64,000 nucleotides of DNA from Paraspadella gotoi (GCA_051294375.1 CM119269.1:18788607-18852606); one strand, 5' to 3'; positions 1 to 26,420 are shown, numbered from the stretch's first letter. Notes: a model not told the origin generated them from the sequence alone. A program made the numbers and translations.

Positions 1-202
1 TAATGTTTTATCAAAACAAACAAATTCTCTCTTTTATTTTCATATTTCTTTCTCTTTTAATTACATGTCTCTCTCTCTTTTCCCTAGTCACTGATTCATA
101 ATCATAGGGGAAAAAAAGAGCCTGCAGCTGGCTCTGCAGGGGCTTATTCTTTTTCTCTCTTTTCTCCTGCTGCTTCTGCAGCTGCCTTTTGATTTCTTTT
201 TT

Positions 203-235
<33 letters not shown>

Positions 236-2000
236 GCATTTTTATTAAAAAAAAATTGAATTAGGATTGAACTTGTAAAATTAAGCATCGCATTCGTGCA
301 TGTTATCATTTTGCTTTCGCATCATTGGTTTTTATTTCTTTTTTTTTTCTTAAGGACTGCGTCTGCTGATCAGTTAATTTTTTGATAATGAAAATTTTTT
401 TTTCTTTTGCTTTTTTCAGAAACTGTAACTTTAATTTTCCTTTATTATTTTTGTTAATTGACAATCGCAAAATATAATTTTTCTTTGTTTATAATTTCAT
501 TTTCTTTTCTTAAATTTTATTTTTTTTAGTATCAAAATTTGTCTTCAATCCAGATTTTTCTTATGTGATTGCGACGATCCTTATGCTTTTAAGATTTTTA
601 TGATTAAATTTGGGAGTATGAAGCTGAAAATTTATATACAGCTTCTTATCATCGAGGTCCTTGAAATTGGGTGAGGTCGTTTATTAAATATGTTTTGTTT
701 ACATTTTATCAAAACAAACAAATTTGTTCTACTTTTATTTTTGTCTCTTTCTCTCTCTTTTCTCTTTTAATTATATGTAGCTCTCTCTCTCTCTTTTCCT
801 CAGGCTGATTCATCGAGAAAAAAACGAGTCTGCAGCTGGCTCTGCAGGGGCTTTTTCTTTTTCTCTCTTTTCTCCTGCTGCTTCTGCCTTTTGATTTTTT
901 TTTCTGGTCGCCGCTGATTTGTCCGAAAACGATTTGGCCTCTCTGCGTTTTTATTTAAAAAAAAATTTAATTAGGATTGAACTCGTAAAATTGGGCATCT
1001 CATTCGTGCATGTTATCAATTTGCTATTGCAACATCGGGTTTTTATTTGGTTCTTCTCGTCACTCTTTATTTTTATTTTTCTTTCTTTCCTTTCTATTCT
1101 TTCTTTTCTTTCTATTCTTTCCTTTCTATTCTTTCTTTCCTTTTTATTCTTTCTTTCCTTTTTATTCTTTCTTTCCTTTCTATTCTTTTTTTCCTTTCTA
1201 TTCTTTTTTTCCTTTCTATTCTTTTTCCTTTCTATTCTTTCTTTAATTTCTATTCTTTCTGTCCTTTCTTTCCTTTCTATTTTTTCTTTCTTTTCTATTC
1301 TTTCTTTCTTTATATTCTTTCTTTCTTTTCTATTTTTTCTTTTTTTTCTATTCTTTCTTTTCTTTTCTATTCTTTTTTTCCTTTCTATTCTTTCTTTTCT
1401 TTTTATTCTTTCTTTCCTTTCTATTCTTTCTTTCCTTTTTATTCTTTCTTTCATTTCTATTCTTTTTTTCCTATTTATTTTTTTTCCCCTTTTTATTCTT
1501 TCTTTATATTTAATCTTCTTTTTCTTTTCTCAAATTTGATTTTTTTTAATACCAAAATTTGTCGTCAATCCAGATTTTTCTTATGCAATTGCGACGATCC
1601 TTATGCTTTTAAGATTTCTTTTTTAATTATATACATCTTTCTCTCTCTCTCTTTTTCTGATTTGTTTAAAAACGAGTTCTGCTCTGCAGCGGTTGAATTA
1701 CTATTACATCAATCAATTACAATTACATCAATTATTTATTATTACATCAGTCATTAATTTTTTTTAGGATTTTTTTATTGATTTTTTTTATAGTTATGTC
1801 TGGCGAGATCAGTATACTTTAAGATTTTTTTTGGATCGAGATTGTTTTTTTGTGATTGAGAAGCGAGACAAAGTGAAAAACGATTTAAACTCGAATTAAA
1901 AAAATTATATTAATTAATTTATTAATTAATTATCTGACCAACTGCTTACCGCTAATGTTCGTGGGCAGATCTGCCATTGTTTGCTCAAACTCGTTTAATT
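1..2000 (+). mobile_element. 3' part of the same HINE-like family, with an internal duplication and a pyrimidine-rich 18-bp array
   Basis: 3' end GTGGGCAGATCTGCCATTGTTTGCTCAAAC at 1961-1990. About 1-600 is repeated at about 705-1620, with a CTTTCTATTCTTT-type array at 1080-1500. The internal sequence matches the reverse complement of about 25150-26290. Confidence 0.55.
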
Positions 2001-2199
2001 AAAACATCTTCAGCATCTTAAGCTTGGTATTATTGCCTATCCTTCGTTAATTTTTATTTAACTCAAATTTTGATAATTTTTTGGCCATGTTATCTCTTGT
2101 TTTTCTTTTCAGTTTTCCGCATTTAACTCAAGGCGCCGCCTATCAGTCGAGCGCACTTACCTCCAATATACGTTGCTCTTTTTTCTTCCAGTTTCACGA

Positions 2200-2484
2200 C
2201 CTTGACTCTCTCTCTTCGGCGCTGATTCTCCTTAAATTCGCGCGCCCTCGCTCTCTCGTCGTGCACAAGAGTGTATGCGCCTGCGTCAGGACGAGTATTC
2301 CTCAGAAGGCTGAGCGAAAAAAAGGCCTGCGAAAAAGTCACAACATCATCTTTCTGTTTCGGTCTCCCTGAATTTTTTGTCTTCTCTTTTAAGTCTTAGG
2401 GGGAGAATCGGATGCGAGACCTTCTCCACTTTTATATCCATTGTCATCGTCAAAGCAAAGATCGCCTACTTATCTCATTTGCAG
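2200..2484 (+). promoter_or_regulatory. Probable promoter and non-coding first exon of the Na+/K+-ATPase gene
   Basis: CpG-richer island ending in a donor-like CAG|GTCAGT at 2484/2485. The first coding exon has an acceptor (tttcag, 5790) 23 nt before the ATG, so an upstream UTR exon or trans-splicing is implied. The 5' limit is approximate. Confidence 0.4.
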
Positions 2485-2519
2485 GTCAGTGCTGAGCGGA
2501 TGAAGAAAAAAAAAATCTC

Positions 2520-2634
<115 letters not shown>

Positions 2635-3415
2635 CTCTTTGCAACCCGTCAGCGTCGTTTCCGTCATAATCATGTCTTTCGGCCTTTTTAAAACTAGATC
2701 ATAATATATTTACATAATAAAATCACAAAACATTTCATCACAAATATTTTCAGTAATAGGAGAACACGATTTTTTGTATAATTTCTTACGAACAGAATTA
2801 CTTCGTGTTAAAAATCTTAAAATTTTTAGAGCAACTTCTCAGAGACAGAAAGGTTTTAATTCTTAATATTCTCTAAATTTGGTTTCGGTTGGTTTTTTCC
2901 TCCCCACACACGGTTTTTGCCTCATCGAATTCTATGATTTTCATCAAATGGGTTTGTGGTTCCATTTCTTGAAGATATTTCTTGATCAGCTCAGCTTTTT
3001 TCTCTTTGGCATTTTCTCAAGTGAATCTTTCGTTTGCAAGAAGTATTAGCAAGCGATGCGATCGATGTCTTTTCCTCAAATCCGTTTGGACGATAAATTT
3101 ATATTCCTATGTAGTATTTTTTTTTAAATGGACTTTTTTTTTTTATTAAAATCGAAATTATTTATCCAGCATTCCTGGAGATAAATACGCTCTTGAGGTT
3201 TATGGGAAAACGAAGAGCAAGGTTTTTCTTACAGAATTAACAGAAAAAGAAGATTAATAAAACGGAAAAGGATAATTTCTCGGAAAAAAAAATTAAAGGA
3301 ATTCAGATAGCTTAATAACAAATATTAAAAAGTTATTATACATTTTATTTTCCCAAACCGTGTTTTTGGCGTTTTTTCAAAAATTACTTAAAAATAATTA
3401 TTTAAAAAATTATTA

Positions 3416-4925
3416 CCTAATTACCCTAACCTTTTTAACCTTAACCACCCCTAACCCTAAACCATCCTTAACCCTAACCCTTAACCCTAGTCGGCGTAAG
3501 TATAATTAGCCTTTTTTTATTTTATTATATTAAAATTTGGGTAAAAATTAATGTTATAATAAATTAAGGTTAAGTATAAATTAAGAATAAGTATAAGTTA
3601 ATTAGAAAAGTAAATTAGAGTTAAAAATAATTTGGGGGTTGGTTAGGGTAAGGGGTAAGTTAGGGTTAATTTTTAAATTATGTTTTAGCTTAAGTATATG
3701 ATAATTTAAAATTTAAAAAAAAAATTTTACTGTTAATAAATTTATAAATAATATAATAATATTTAAGAAAAACGATAGTTTTTTTATGGCAGAAACAACG
3801 ACCTAATAGTTAATATAAGTTTATTTAAAATTGTTTCTTTTTTTCGTAACAAAAACTTTACTAATTCAAATCGCTGATAAAGACTCGACATATAAAAATC
3901 TCACTATGCCAAAATAAAAAAAAATACTGGTAAAGGTCGAAAATTTTTTTATTTTAATTCTTAACCACCCCTAAACCTAACTACCCCTAATCCCTAACCA
4001 ACCTTAACCCAATTGTTAACCGTTTAAAAAATATAATATAAATTTGTCTTTCCTTTCCTTTCTTTGTTTATGTACAACGAGTTTTATTAAGAAACAAATT
4101 TCTGATACATTTCGGCTCCTATGTAAACCTTCATCAGCGAAAAAACGAATTGAATTGTGATACAAATATTTTCACAGACTTTGAAGTTTGAAGAGAGAGG
4201 AAGAGAAAGAGTGTGAAAATATTTGTTTCATAAATCAATTTGTTTTTGCGTTGATGAAGGCTTACATTGAAGCTGAAACATGTCAAAAATTTGTTTCTTT
4301 ATGAAACTCGTACGTAAACAAACAATTAATTTTCTACCTCAAACATAAAAATTTAAATTTATTATAAAATTTTAAAATTTGTATTACTAAACAAAAAAAT
4401 GTATATTATTGCACAAACTGAAACTCGATGCAAGAAGTAAAACAAAATTAAATGGATTAACAAAGCACCGACCGGAGGTACCTTAGGTTGGTTGCGGACG
4501 TCATAAAGTAAAGTTACCCTTATTCTTTTCCGTAAAGAAACGAATGTCATTTTTTTATCTTTCTTTTCGTTTTCCCATAAGCATCCCGAGCGTATTAAAA
4601 TCGCCGGTTTCAATTAAAATTTTTACTATTTAAATTATTTGAAAGAATAATTGTACACAGAATTATTGGTACACTTGAACCGATCGCGAAGAGCAAATTC
4701 TGTTATCAAGCATCGATTATCTTTCCACCTTTTTGTTTTGAGATAAGGTCACGGTGTCATTGAAGATATTTTGCTCCCTACCTTTCTAGCTGTATTTTTT
4801 TGTATTTAATTCTTGTTTTCTTTTTTTATTCCTTGTTTTGTCGATCCCCGGTAAGGTTTGTCTAAGGTTAGGGGGTATTTAGGGTTAGGGTTGAGGTGGT
4901 TAGGGTTAGGAATGGTTAGGGGTTG
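3416..4925. repeat. Degenerate CCCTAA/TTAGGG-like short arrays in both orientations (also about 20606-20635 and 22672-22730)
   Basis: CCCTAACCCTAAACC... at 3416-3489 and 3960-4012; GGTTAGGG... at 3635-3670 and 4861-4925. Confidence 0.55.
4063..4323. repeat. Long imperfect palindrome (foldback MITE-like)
   Basis: About 115-bp arms (ACGAGTTTTATTAAGAAACAAATTT...AAATATTTTCACA / TGTGAAAATATTT...AAATTTGTTTCTTTATGAAACTCGT) around a short AG-rich loop. Confidence 0.7.
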
Positions 4926-5813
4926 TTGGGCTAAAGTTCGAAAAAAACATTTTTTTCCGCGGAATAAATTTTTTATACGTTTGTGCTCATAAGATTATAA
5001 ATAAACAACCGACTGGAAGATCTTACAGTGAATTTACAAATTTACCAACATTTTTAATTTCCGTATTAAAAAATGTGTGAATTAGTAGTTTTCTCAAACT
5101 GACCTCGCATTGTTTGACATCACGGTTAATGTTTCTCTTCTTGTCGTTAATATATTATATCTCTGTCTGATACACTCCCCTAAAGAAAACTTTCCAGCGA
5201 AAATTAACCTCATTTTTTGCGAATGCTTTCAAAGGAATTATTTACTATTTAGTATATAAAGGTTCTAACTTTGATTATAAATTGCCTATTTAATGTTGAA
5301 AATCCTTGGTTGTTTTGCTCTTTTATTTTTTCACCTTTCTACGGTCGATGACTTTTGACGAAGAAGAGGAGTAGGAGGATGAAGATAAGAAACCGAAAGA
5401 TGGGTTGCGTGTTCGACCAACGATCGCTTCGTTTTTACTGTCTGAAAAACTCTCTCTCTCTCTCACACACACTAACTTGTTTTCCGCCTATCCTGCTTCG
5501 TCCCCAACGAACTTTCGTTCAAACTTGACGTGATTTTGAATTATCGATGTCCATTAGAGCACAAACCGGATTCTATTAACATAATGAACAAATGTTATAT
5601 ATATTGAATAAAGAAAAAAAACAACAAATATTTGTGAAGATCTCGTCGTGATTTTAGTATTTGCTTCAACTGTTTTCCTTCCCGTAATCACCCGGCATAC
5701 TTTTTTATACAATTTTTAATTAAGGCTTTTTTGAATGGAAAAAATGGTATTGATGGTATTGACTAATTTTCCCTGCATATTTCGTTTCAGGTTGAAAATA
5801 TAAAGCCGCAAAA

Positions 5814-17475
<11,662 letters not shown>

Positions 17476-20400
17476 ACAAAATATCCTCTTCTTTTTTGCT
17501 CGTGGTCTTCGACATAAAGAAAAAGTTATGCAAAAATATGTGCATTTGTGGAAAAAAGATACGTCGGGCGGCGATGCAAAAACTTCATTTCAATTTTTTT
17601 TCATTTTTTAATAATACGACGACGACTCGACCGAGTTTGTTAGGTGGCGTTGTGGACCCTGAGGGCAGGGTAAGTTAGGGGATGAGCTAGATATTCGTAA
17701 ATATTGCTGCGCGCGGTCCGATTATCAAAATAAGCTTTTTTAAAATAAGTTTTCGAGGTTATGGCAAGACTGGGTTTGAGAGTTATGAAGAGGAAATGAA
17801 GAAGTTTCTTTTTCGTTTTTTTTTCTTTTTTTGGGTGGGGGGCTGGGGTTTTTTTCTACTCGGACACCGAATAGGTTTGTTTACTTTTAAAACTAAGTCA
17901 TACACGAATTTTGTGGTAATAGATGTACACTATTATTAGCAAGTTTCATACCTAGTGAAATTTAATGCCGAGTGAAAAATATGCGCTCACAGGAATTAAT
18001 GGCGAAAAAGTTTATTTGCATCGATCGATCAGTTTTTTCTTGTACATTAACTTTTTTTTTTAATTAGTTCACAAATTTTCCTTCGCGCGTCGATTCCACT
18101 CGAGATTTTTGCCTCTGACATTTATTTTTTTTCATTACGATTGCTACATCGTTTTTTATCGTTAAATAACCAAGAGATTTAAATCAATAAGTTAAGAGTT
18201 TTTTCCCTTTTTTTTCGCGTGTGATCAACGTGGCTCGATCGATGTTCATTTATCAGTTAGTTTTTGGGTTGAATGTCATTCATTGCAAGGGAGAACAAGT
18301 TTTCCAACTCATTCGCTTTATTTTAGACAAAATAAGATTTAATCGTTTTTTGTTGTTCCATTTTACGTGATACATTTTTTCTCTCTAGTTCTCCGTACTT
18401 AGCTTATTTCTAGATTTGTTTTTTTCAATAGTTTACCGGCGAAATAGTTGGTGGGCGCGTCCCTTAGTCGTTTATGAATACAATCTTTCTTTGCAAGGGT
18501 ACATCTACTTTTTTGTTTTGTTTTTTTTTGTTTAATGTAAAAATTGTTTCTCCAGCCAAAGTTGCTACTATCGGTTTTGTGACAACGCTCAAAACAAAAA
18601 AAAGATTAATGTTTGCCTTGAGTGTCTATTTTTATTATTTTTAATTTACACTGAAGATGACAATTGATAATTCCTTACGTATCCACCTTATTCTCTCTAT
18701 GCATAAAGTAGGTCACATTATAAATTTTTGCATTTTTGATATGTTCAGTGGCTTTTCGAAGAGCGAGAGAAAAATGCTTCATGGCTGTCTCTGATTTTAC
18801 TGTACTTATCAACGACAGTAACTGAAAATCAATGCTGTTTGTAATAAATCTTTATATATATAGTCATTTCATACGAATCATGGGTTGTTTTAAATCCATG
18901 CGTTTGTTTGTGTGTTATAACATCTAATGGGCTATTACCTCGAAGTCAATGTTTGTCAGTTTTTGTTTAATTTTTATTCATTAACTCTGATCGAATTCCC
19001 GTCAGCGTTGTCAGGTTTTTTTTATAATTTATTTTTTCCTTAATTTTGTTATAAAACATTTCATCTAAGTCAATGCTCAAACATAGTATTCATAATCAAT
19101 ATAAGTAAGATTCTTTGTCGAAAGTAAAGTTGCTGACTAACGATCGGCTTTTACTTTTATGTCATCGTTGTATGTACTACAAAATTGCTACACATTTTGT
19201 TTCGTTCTTTTAAGTAGTAAACAAGTTGAAATATTTTCGTTTGTTTTTATTTTAGTTTCTAGATTTCAGTTATTTTAGTTTAATTCGTATGCAAATCAGT
19301 TTAATTTTAGTTTTTGTTTAATTTTCGTATTTATCTTTTTTTAATTTATTTTTTATTAATTTTTAATTTGCAAGTTTGGCTGTCAGTGGCGATCACGCAG
19401 TCCGCGTCCTTTTAACAGCAACAAAAGAATAACGTTTACTTCGTTTCAATTATCCACGATACTAAATTACTATCTAAAAAAGGAGGAAAAAGAGCGATTC
19501 TTCGTCGACCCAAATAAGTTTCCATTATCAGACAGAAAGAATAAGCTTTAGCTCTAGAGTTCTTCGTGAGCCTTTGACGTCTCTTAGACCCAAGGAAACG
19601 GAAGTTGTCGTCCGCTTAAAGCGGGCGCCAATTTCGTATCCTTTGGGCCCTTTAAGCGGCGCTTTTGGGCTTGCCGGCGGTGACACTTAACCTTTTTAGG
19701 CCAACAGTTGCCGCTATGTGGGCCAGTTTTCCGCTTTGTCAAAACTTGTGACTCACAAGCGTCTCACTCTGTCCCTTTTCGTTAGGCGTGCAGAGAGCGC
19801 GCGCTTGGCAGCTTTTCCTTAAAGAGTCAACGCCTCCCGTTTCACACAGGAGGGGGGCGCCCACTTGCACCTGATCATTTGATAGGCATCAATTATACCG
19901 GTATCACTAGGCGACCCTGTTCTCTTCCCGCTATTCATATTTAACGAAATTGCAAGCGCAAGACCGAAAAAAAAGAAAGAAATTGAAAAATCTTTAAAAC
20001 CATTTGCTCTTTTCCTTATGATTATTTCTGCTTTTATCATGTCATCTTAATTACGATCTCAAGTATTTGCACATGCCTTATCCTTCCCATCATTTTAAAT
20101 TTTCAAGATTTATAAATACAAAGCCAAAAAATAAGATACTATCCCTGAAATAGGTGGTGAAAGGGATACAAACCTTTGCACCCATTCGTATCTCCACTCA
20201 GTTTTATACGCTCCCTTTTCTTTTTTCACTAGCCCGTAATATATTCCAATCAGTTTTTTCATGTTATATAAAATCTTGATACTGTTTGAAAAACTATTGC
20301 GGCAACCGTCTTTTTTTTTCTTAAGTCGCCTTAAATTTAATTTAAAATAATGAATTTTCTTTATTTTTGGAGGGGTGGGAATTAAAAATGTTACTTGTGG

Positions 20401-21757
20401 GAATTATAGATATAGTATATTAAACATCCAGAGAAAAGAAATAGTAAGACAATTTTATTTCATTTAAGAGTTTGTCAGGTTTTATGAATGTCCTAAAATT
20501 TGGATTCTATAGTTAAATTTTTAAAAATAATGCAATTTATGTACAGAATATTCTCGTTACTTTCTTAATATAAAATGAGGGGTTAATTCTACTTTCGCCG
20601 ACCGGGGTTAGGGGGGTTTAGGCTTAAGGGTGGTAATAAATATTTTTAAATGGTCTGCGAAAGTAAAATTTTACCAAAATGAGTTATATAACATTAAATG
20701 AGTTATTAAAATTTATAGAAACGGATGTCGCCAAAGCCAACAATCGAAGCATAAAAAGTTAATGACCTTGATATATTATTCCGGCGTATGGTTTAGATAT
20801 TTGTTTTAAGGCCCGGGGTGCGGTTGGACTTTTGGTTTCCGCCGTGAAAAGTTTTCCGTTACGTTTTTCGCGACAAGATTTTTAACATTCCAAAATCCTG
20901 ACCCACAGTGGCCTTAAGTGGGGATGAGTTTCTTCGATTCGTATTTGAAAGAGGATTTTTTTTCCCGATTTTTCTTGAGAGTCCTATCATAATAAAGTCT
21001 GTTCAAAAAATATCCGTATTAAAATTTTTGTTCTCTCGGAGGGAAAGTACAACTCAAACTGTTCCCTGCCCAAAAGCAAGCTGTAAATAAAGATTTATAA
21101 TTTTTTTAGAAATAGTACTAATACCATTTACAATCGTGTCGATTAGTTATGATTTTAAATTACGGTGAGTAGGTTGAAAATATTGCTAAGCTGCGTATCT
21201 TTCGTAGTTTTGATGGTAGGAGCTCAGCAATTAAAGTTGGTCATTATTATTACTAAGAGAAACTGTACAGTCATTTCACAAAAAAAATCACTCGGCATAT
21301 ATTATTGCAATCTTTTCTGCTTTCTTCTTTCTTATTGTTAACAAGAAAGGAACTAGCATTTGTTACTTTTAACAATATATTTATATCTATATAACTTAAG
21401 CACTTGGCTCATAAAAAGGAAAGTAGTTTTTGTCCACTGTCCTGTGTTTTGATTATTTTTAAAAAAAAATCATTTTGTTAATGATTGTTTAAAAAAAATT
21501 ATTTTTCGTTTGCAAGTTTTAGCGTCATAAATCACTTGTAGATAATCACTGTAGTTAAACTAAGTATTTAAAAAATAACTATGAATTTGCCAAACCGAAA
21601 CCCAAAAATTTAAAAAAAAATTTCATCATTATGAATTTTCTCGACCAATACTACTAATAAGGGTAGCACTTTTTTTTTACATCGTGAGATTGAAAATATT
21701 GTTTGCAATATAAATTACAAGATTTTTGCTTATAGTTTTCAGTAAGTGATTTATACC

Positions 21758-21848
<91 letters not shown>

Positions 21849-22262
21849 CTTCGCTCGTTCGCATCTGTAATATTGACGTTTTTATGTAATATGTAGATCT
21901 TCTGCTGGAGCGGATCGCCAACTGAAAAATTGTAAGCAAATGCAAAGGATATGTTGGCCACGTTATCTCAATCGATGGATTAAAATTATGATTGGTGTTA
22001 CGTTCGGTTATTTCTCGATATATTTAATGTAGTTAGATTATAACCTTTTTTGCAATGCATCAGACAAAACTGTTGCCACAGTGCCTTGAAGAATGACAGC
22101 TAGAAAACTGTTAACCATATGTAGCTCATGAAAAATTGCAATATTACTTGTTTTACTATATTAGACTTTAAAATTTTTTTATTAAAGTTTCAGAATAAAT
22201 GTTAATGTTTCTTTATATAAAGAATAAATATATATAAATAATATGTGTAATGGGGAGAGGGA

Positions 22263-22497
22263 TGTTAGTGTTGTCTTCTGGAAATAGAGGGAGCATCTAT
22301 ACAACATAGGGTTAAAAGTTACTTCCTGACTTAGTTTTCTAATTAGATATTAGACATATTTGTTAAGAATTCATTTATTTTAAATTCAAAATATCTAGAA
22401 GTCTGAACAAGTTCCAAAAGGAATTATGTAAGATATCTATTAGAAAACTAGAGCAGAAAGTAATCTAACCCTTTATTTCCGGAAGACAACACTAACG
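22263..22497. repeat. Short inverted-repeat element; related fragments near 49660-49750 and 50685-50765
   Basis: GTTAGTGTTGTCTTCTGGAAATAGAGGG / CCCTTTATTTCCGGAAGACAACACTAAC. The motifs ATAGAGGGAGCATCTA and TTTTCTAAATAGATATC recur downstream. Confidence 0.6.
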
Positions 22498-23736
22498 TTT
22501 AAAAAAAACTTAAATTAAATGAAATCCCCAAAAAAATGAATTCCTAAATATTAAATCTTTTAAAAACTAAAAAAAACTATAGATCGTGAAACAAGTAATT
22601 TTGAAATTTTCATATAATTACCTTTTCTAGGTTAAAGATTCTTACTATATATATTATCCCTATATATATGAGGGGTTGTTAGGAGTTAGAGGTGATCAGG
22701 TGTTAGGGGTGGTTAGGGGTTAGGGTGGTTTTTGAAAAACCAGTTATTTTTTTCTCGTAATTAAATTTTCACACATTTTGTTGTTCGTTTCCGACTGGAA
22801 AATCTCAAACAGTCAATGTAAAATTTTACCGCAAAAGCGTAGGTATATTTGTTGTCCCTGCGTCATGCGATCAGCTCGATATTTTATTTAGAGATTTCAC
22901 GAACGCATGGTAATTGCACTCATCAAGAGGTAAGAAAAAAAAATTCTTTCAGCAACTCACTGATTGGTTAACATATATTTTTAAAATTTGAAATTTAAAT
23001 ATACTTGAGTCCCTATCTGACTTTGTTAGGCTTTGCCGATGACCATTTGTTATTTTTACAATACGGTGCCTCCTCAATCGGAAAGGAGGAAAGAAGAAAA
23101 ACAATGTACGCTTTAAAAGACGTTAAATGACAACAATGGGGCTATTTTTTTCTAAAAACCAACCTGGCATTCGTTTAAGATTTGAATTCATTGTTTTATA
23201 TATTAAAACGTCGTTGGAAAAATTGGAAAAATTCTCAAATGTTGATTAATGAATATCTTTCTCTTTCAAAAAATGGATTTTATAAAAAACGTATCTAGTG
23301 ACTATATAATTAACTATATAATTATGAAAGGAAAATTTAGTCCTATAATTTAATTTAAGGGTTTTCTCTACATTGCCGTTGACTATGAAACAATCAAGTA
23401 TTAAACGAGATAGAGATTGAATAAAAGAGAAACAAAAGGTTTTCTTCGAACGACAATGCCTACTAAAAAAAAGACAACTCCTAGCGCATAACGTCGAACG
23501 GTTAATGAAAAATGAAGTTCCCCTCGAGTCTTCGTCTCCGGAAACGCAGCTGATGCGCGGTGCCAAAGTCGTCTTGGCTTCTGCGCTAGTGGGCGGGGGC
23601 CCGGGACGAGAGGCTGTTGAAAGGGTGTGGACTGATGTTGCAAATAGGGAGCGTGAGAGTGCGCTGCGGAATGGTCAGAGGGTTTGCTTCTATTCTCTAA
23701 CCATCCCCCATCCTTCCGTCGAGGTCCCCGCTTCTA

Positions 23737-25369
23737 TTTTTAGTCGGATCTGCTTATCAGCAGTTCCGACTCTATAACTCACTTTTTCGTTCCGTCGTCC
23801 GCCCCCTCAATATTGTCGGGCACACACTTATATCATGTCAGAACATCGAATTATGATAAATTATGCAAAAAAAATGATGTCCGTCCGTCCGTCCGTCCGT
23901 CCTCCGTCCCGTCCGTCCGTCCGTCCGTCCGTCCGTCCGTCACCTTAGCAAAAAAACACCAATTACTCGTGATTGGATGGATGGATTTTAATGAAATTTT
24001 GTGTGAGGATAGGTAAGTGTGTGATTGAGCTGGATATGAAGTTTCGATGGAATCGTCCGAGTGGAAATGAGTTTAAATGGAAAAAACAAAAAAAAATATT
24101 CACTATTTGAACACCAATTGCTCATGAGTGGATGGGCTGATTGACCTGGAATTTTGTATGTGGGTAGGAAAGTGTGTGATTGAACAGGAAATCAAGTTTC
24201 GATGGAATAGTTTGAGTGGAAATGAGTTTAAATGGAAAAAAAACAAAAAACCTGTTTTACTAATTGATTATGCTCTTTTTTCCTTTTATATTAAATGTAT
24301 ATGCAGGATGTATTAATAAATCAAATAATTAATCAGTTAATTAATCAATTAGTAATAAATTAATCAATAATTAATTAATTAGTCAATCAATCCGTCCATC
24401 CGTCTAATCTTAGCAAAAAGCTCCAAAAAACTCGTGATTGGCTGGTTGGATTGGAATTAAATTTTGTGTGTGAGTAGGAAAGTGTGTGTATAAAGCTGGA
24501 TATAAAGTTTCGATGGAATCGTGTGAGTGGAAATTAGTTTAAATGGAAAAAAACATAAGTCGAATTTACTAAAATCTTTTTACTTATTTTAACCAATAAA
24601 TACTCTAATTAATCATAATTGGATGGATAGATTGAGTTGAAATTTTGTGTGTGGGTAGGAAAATGTGTGACGAAGCTTGATATAAAGTTTCAGTGGAAAC
24701 GTACCAGTGGAAATGAGTTTAAATGAAAAAAATATGAGTCACATTTACTTGAATCTTTTTATTTATTTTTAACCCATGATAGATTGAGATGAAATTTTGT
24801 GAGCCAGTAGGAAAGTGAGTGAAGAAGCTAGATATAAAGTTTTGACGGAATGCAAGTTGAAAAAATGATGCAAGTTGAAAAAATGAGCAAGTTAAAAAAT
24901 CTAAAAAGCATAAGGACGTCGAATTGCATAAAAAGAGAGAGAGAGAGAGAGAAAGAGAGAGTGGAGAGAGAGAGAGTGAGAGAGTGAGAGAGAAAGAGAG
25001 AGAGTGGAGAGAGAGGAGTGAGAGAGAGAGAGAGAGAGAAGGAGACATAAAATAAAAAAATCTTAAAAGACTCAAGATCGAGCCAGAGCCCACTATCAAA
25101 GAAAATTAATGAAAAACCGGGAAAAAAACGAATGAATCATGCGATAACGAATTATTGATGTAATAGTAATTGATTAAGGTAATACTATTGATTGATGTAA
25201 TAGTAATTTATTGATGTAATAGGAATGATAATTGATTCGATGATAATCAATTATTGATGCGATGATAGTCATTCACTGCTGTGATGATAGTCATTTACTG
25301 ATGCGATGATTGTCATTCATTGATGCGATGATAGTCAATAAAACAAAAAATATGCGTGTATTGAGTGAA

Positions 25370-25400
<31 letters not shown>

Positions 25401-25860
25401 GAGAGAGAGAGAGAGAAAGATAGAGAATAAATCCACGAAAATCTCGGATGAAAATATGGGATTTTGTATTGAAAAAAAGCGCGGAATAAATGGTAATAAT
25501 AAAAGTTTTTAGAAGGAAAAAAATAATCAGAATTTTTCAAAAAACAAACGATCACGCAGAGATCGGACAGAGAGGGACAGACACACACAGAGAGAAAAAA
25601 AGAGAGAGAGAGACAGCCGCTGCAAGAGAAAAGAGGAGAAGAAAGAGCGATATATAATAATTAAAAGAGAGAGAAAGAGAGAAGCTCTACAGCCCCTTTA
25701 CTCGTTAAAGAATCAGCAGTACCACATGGCGCTGGACGTAGTGTGAGCTTTTCTTTTACCCAAGGACCCGGATTCGCACCCTGTTCGCGGCATCGTTTTT
25801 TACATTAGTGAGCCCACATTATATCTAAAATTTTTTTTAAAAAGAAAAAAAAGAAAAAAA

Positions 25861-25921
<61 letters not shown>

Positions 25922-26420
25922 AGCTGAGAGAGAAATCAGAAGAAGCAGTGACGGAGAAAAAGAGAGAGAGAGAGAGCGACATATATTTAAAAGAAAGAGA
26001 GAGAGAGAGCGACATATAAATTAAACGTTTTGTTTTGTAAATAAAACATAAACAAAACAATACGAATATTGATATGAAACATGAGAATTTTAAAGATCTT
26101 GATCTTAGAAGCCATATATGAAATTTCAACTCCCTTTGATATCACACTTTCAGAAGCCATGATTGCAAAAAAGCGTGACCGAAAGCTAAACCGAATCAAA
26201 ATCGATAATAGAGGATATTTGTTTGTTTTGATAAAATGTAAACAAAACATTTAATAACTGTCCTGACTCAATTTTAAGGACATCGATGAGGACAAGCTGA
26301 ATATAAATTAATAATTAAATTATTAATTAATTAATTAATTATCTATTAATTAATTAATTAATCTATTGATTAATTAATTATCGTAGGCAGATCCGACACT
26401 TGTTTGCTCAAACTTGTTTT
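23737..26420 (+). mobile_element. DINE-1/HINE-like (Helentron-associated) non-autonomous element
   Basis: 5' TTTTTAGTCGGATCTGC-TTATCA-GCAGTTCCGACT (subTIR plus adjacent IR), (GTCC)n microsatellite at 23879-23940, internal about 120-bp tandem repeats, 3' subTIR GCAGATCCGAC and terminal hairpin GTTTG-CT-CAAAC. The same ends bound 40190-41270. Confidence 0.7.

Noticed and set aside
919-1757. Long Phe/Leu/Ser-rich or Lys/Arg/Glu-rich ORFs
   Set aside because: Translation artefacts of a CT-rich tandem array. The same applies to the many SLSL/ERER ORFs over AG microsatellites and to 62735-63352.
3416-4925. Telomere or chromosome-fusion site
   Set aside because: Arrays are short, degenerate, in mixed orientation and recur elsewhere inside repeats.
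25725-25795. tRNA gene
   Set aside because: Only a degenerate B-box-like GGATTCGCACC without a cloverleaf; at most a SINE-head remnant.
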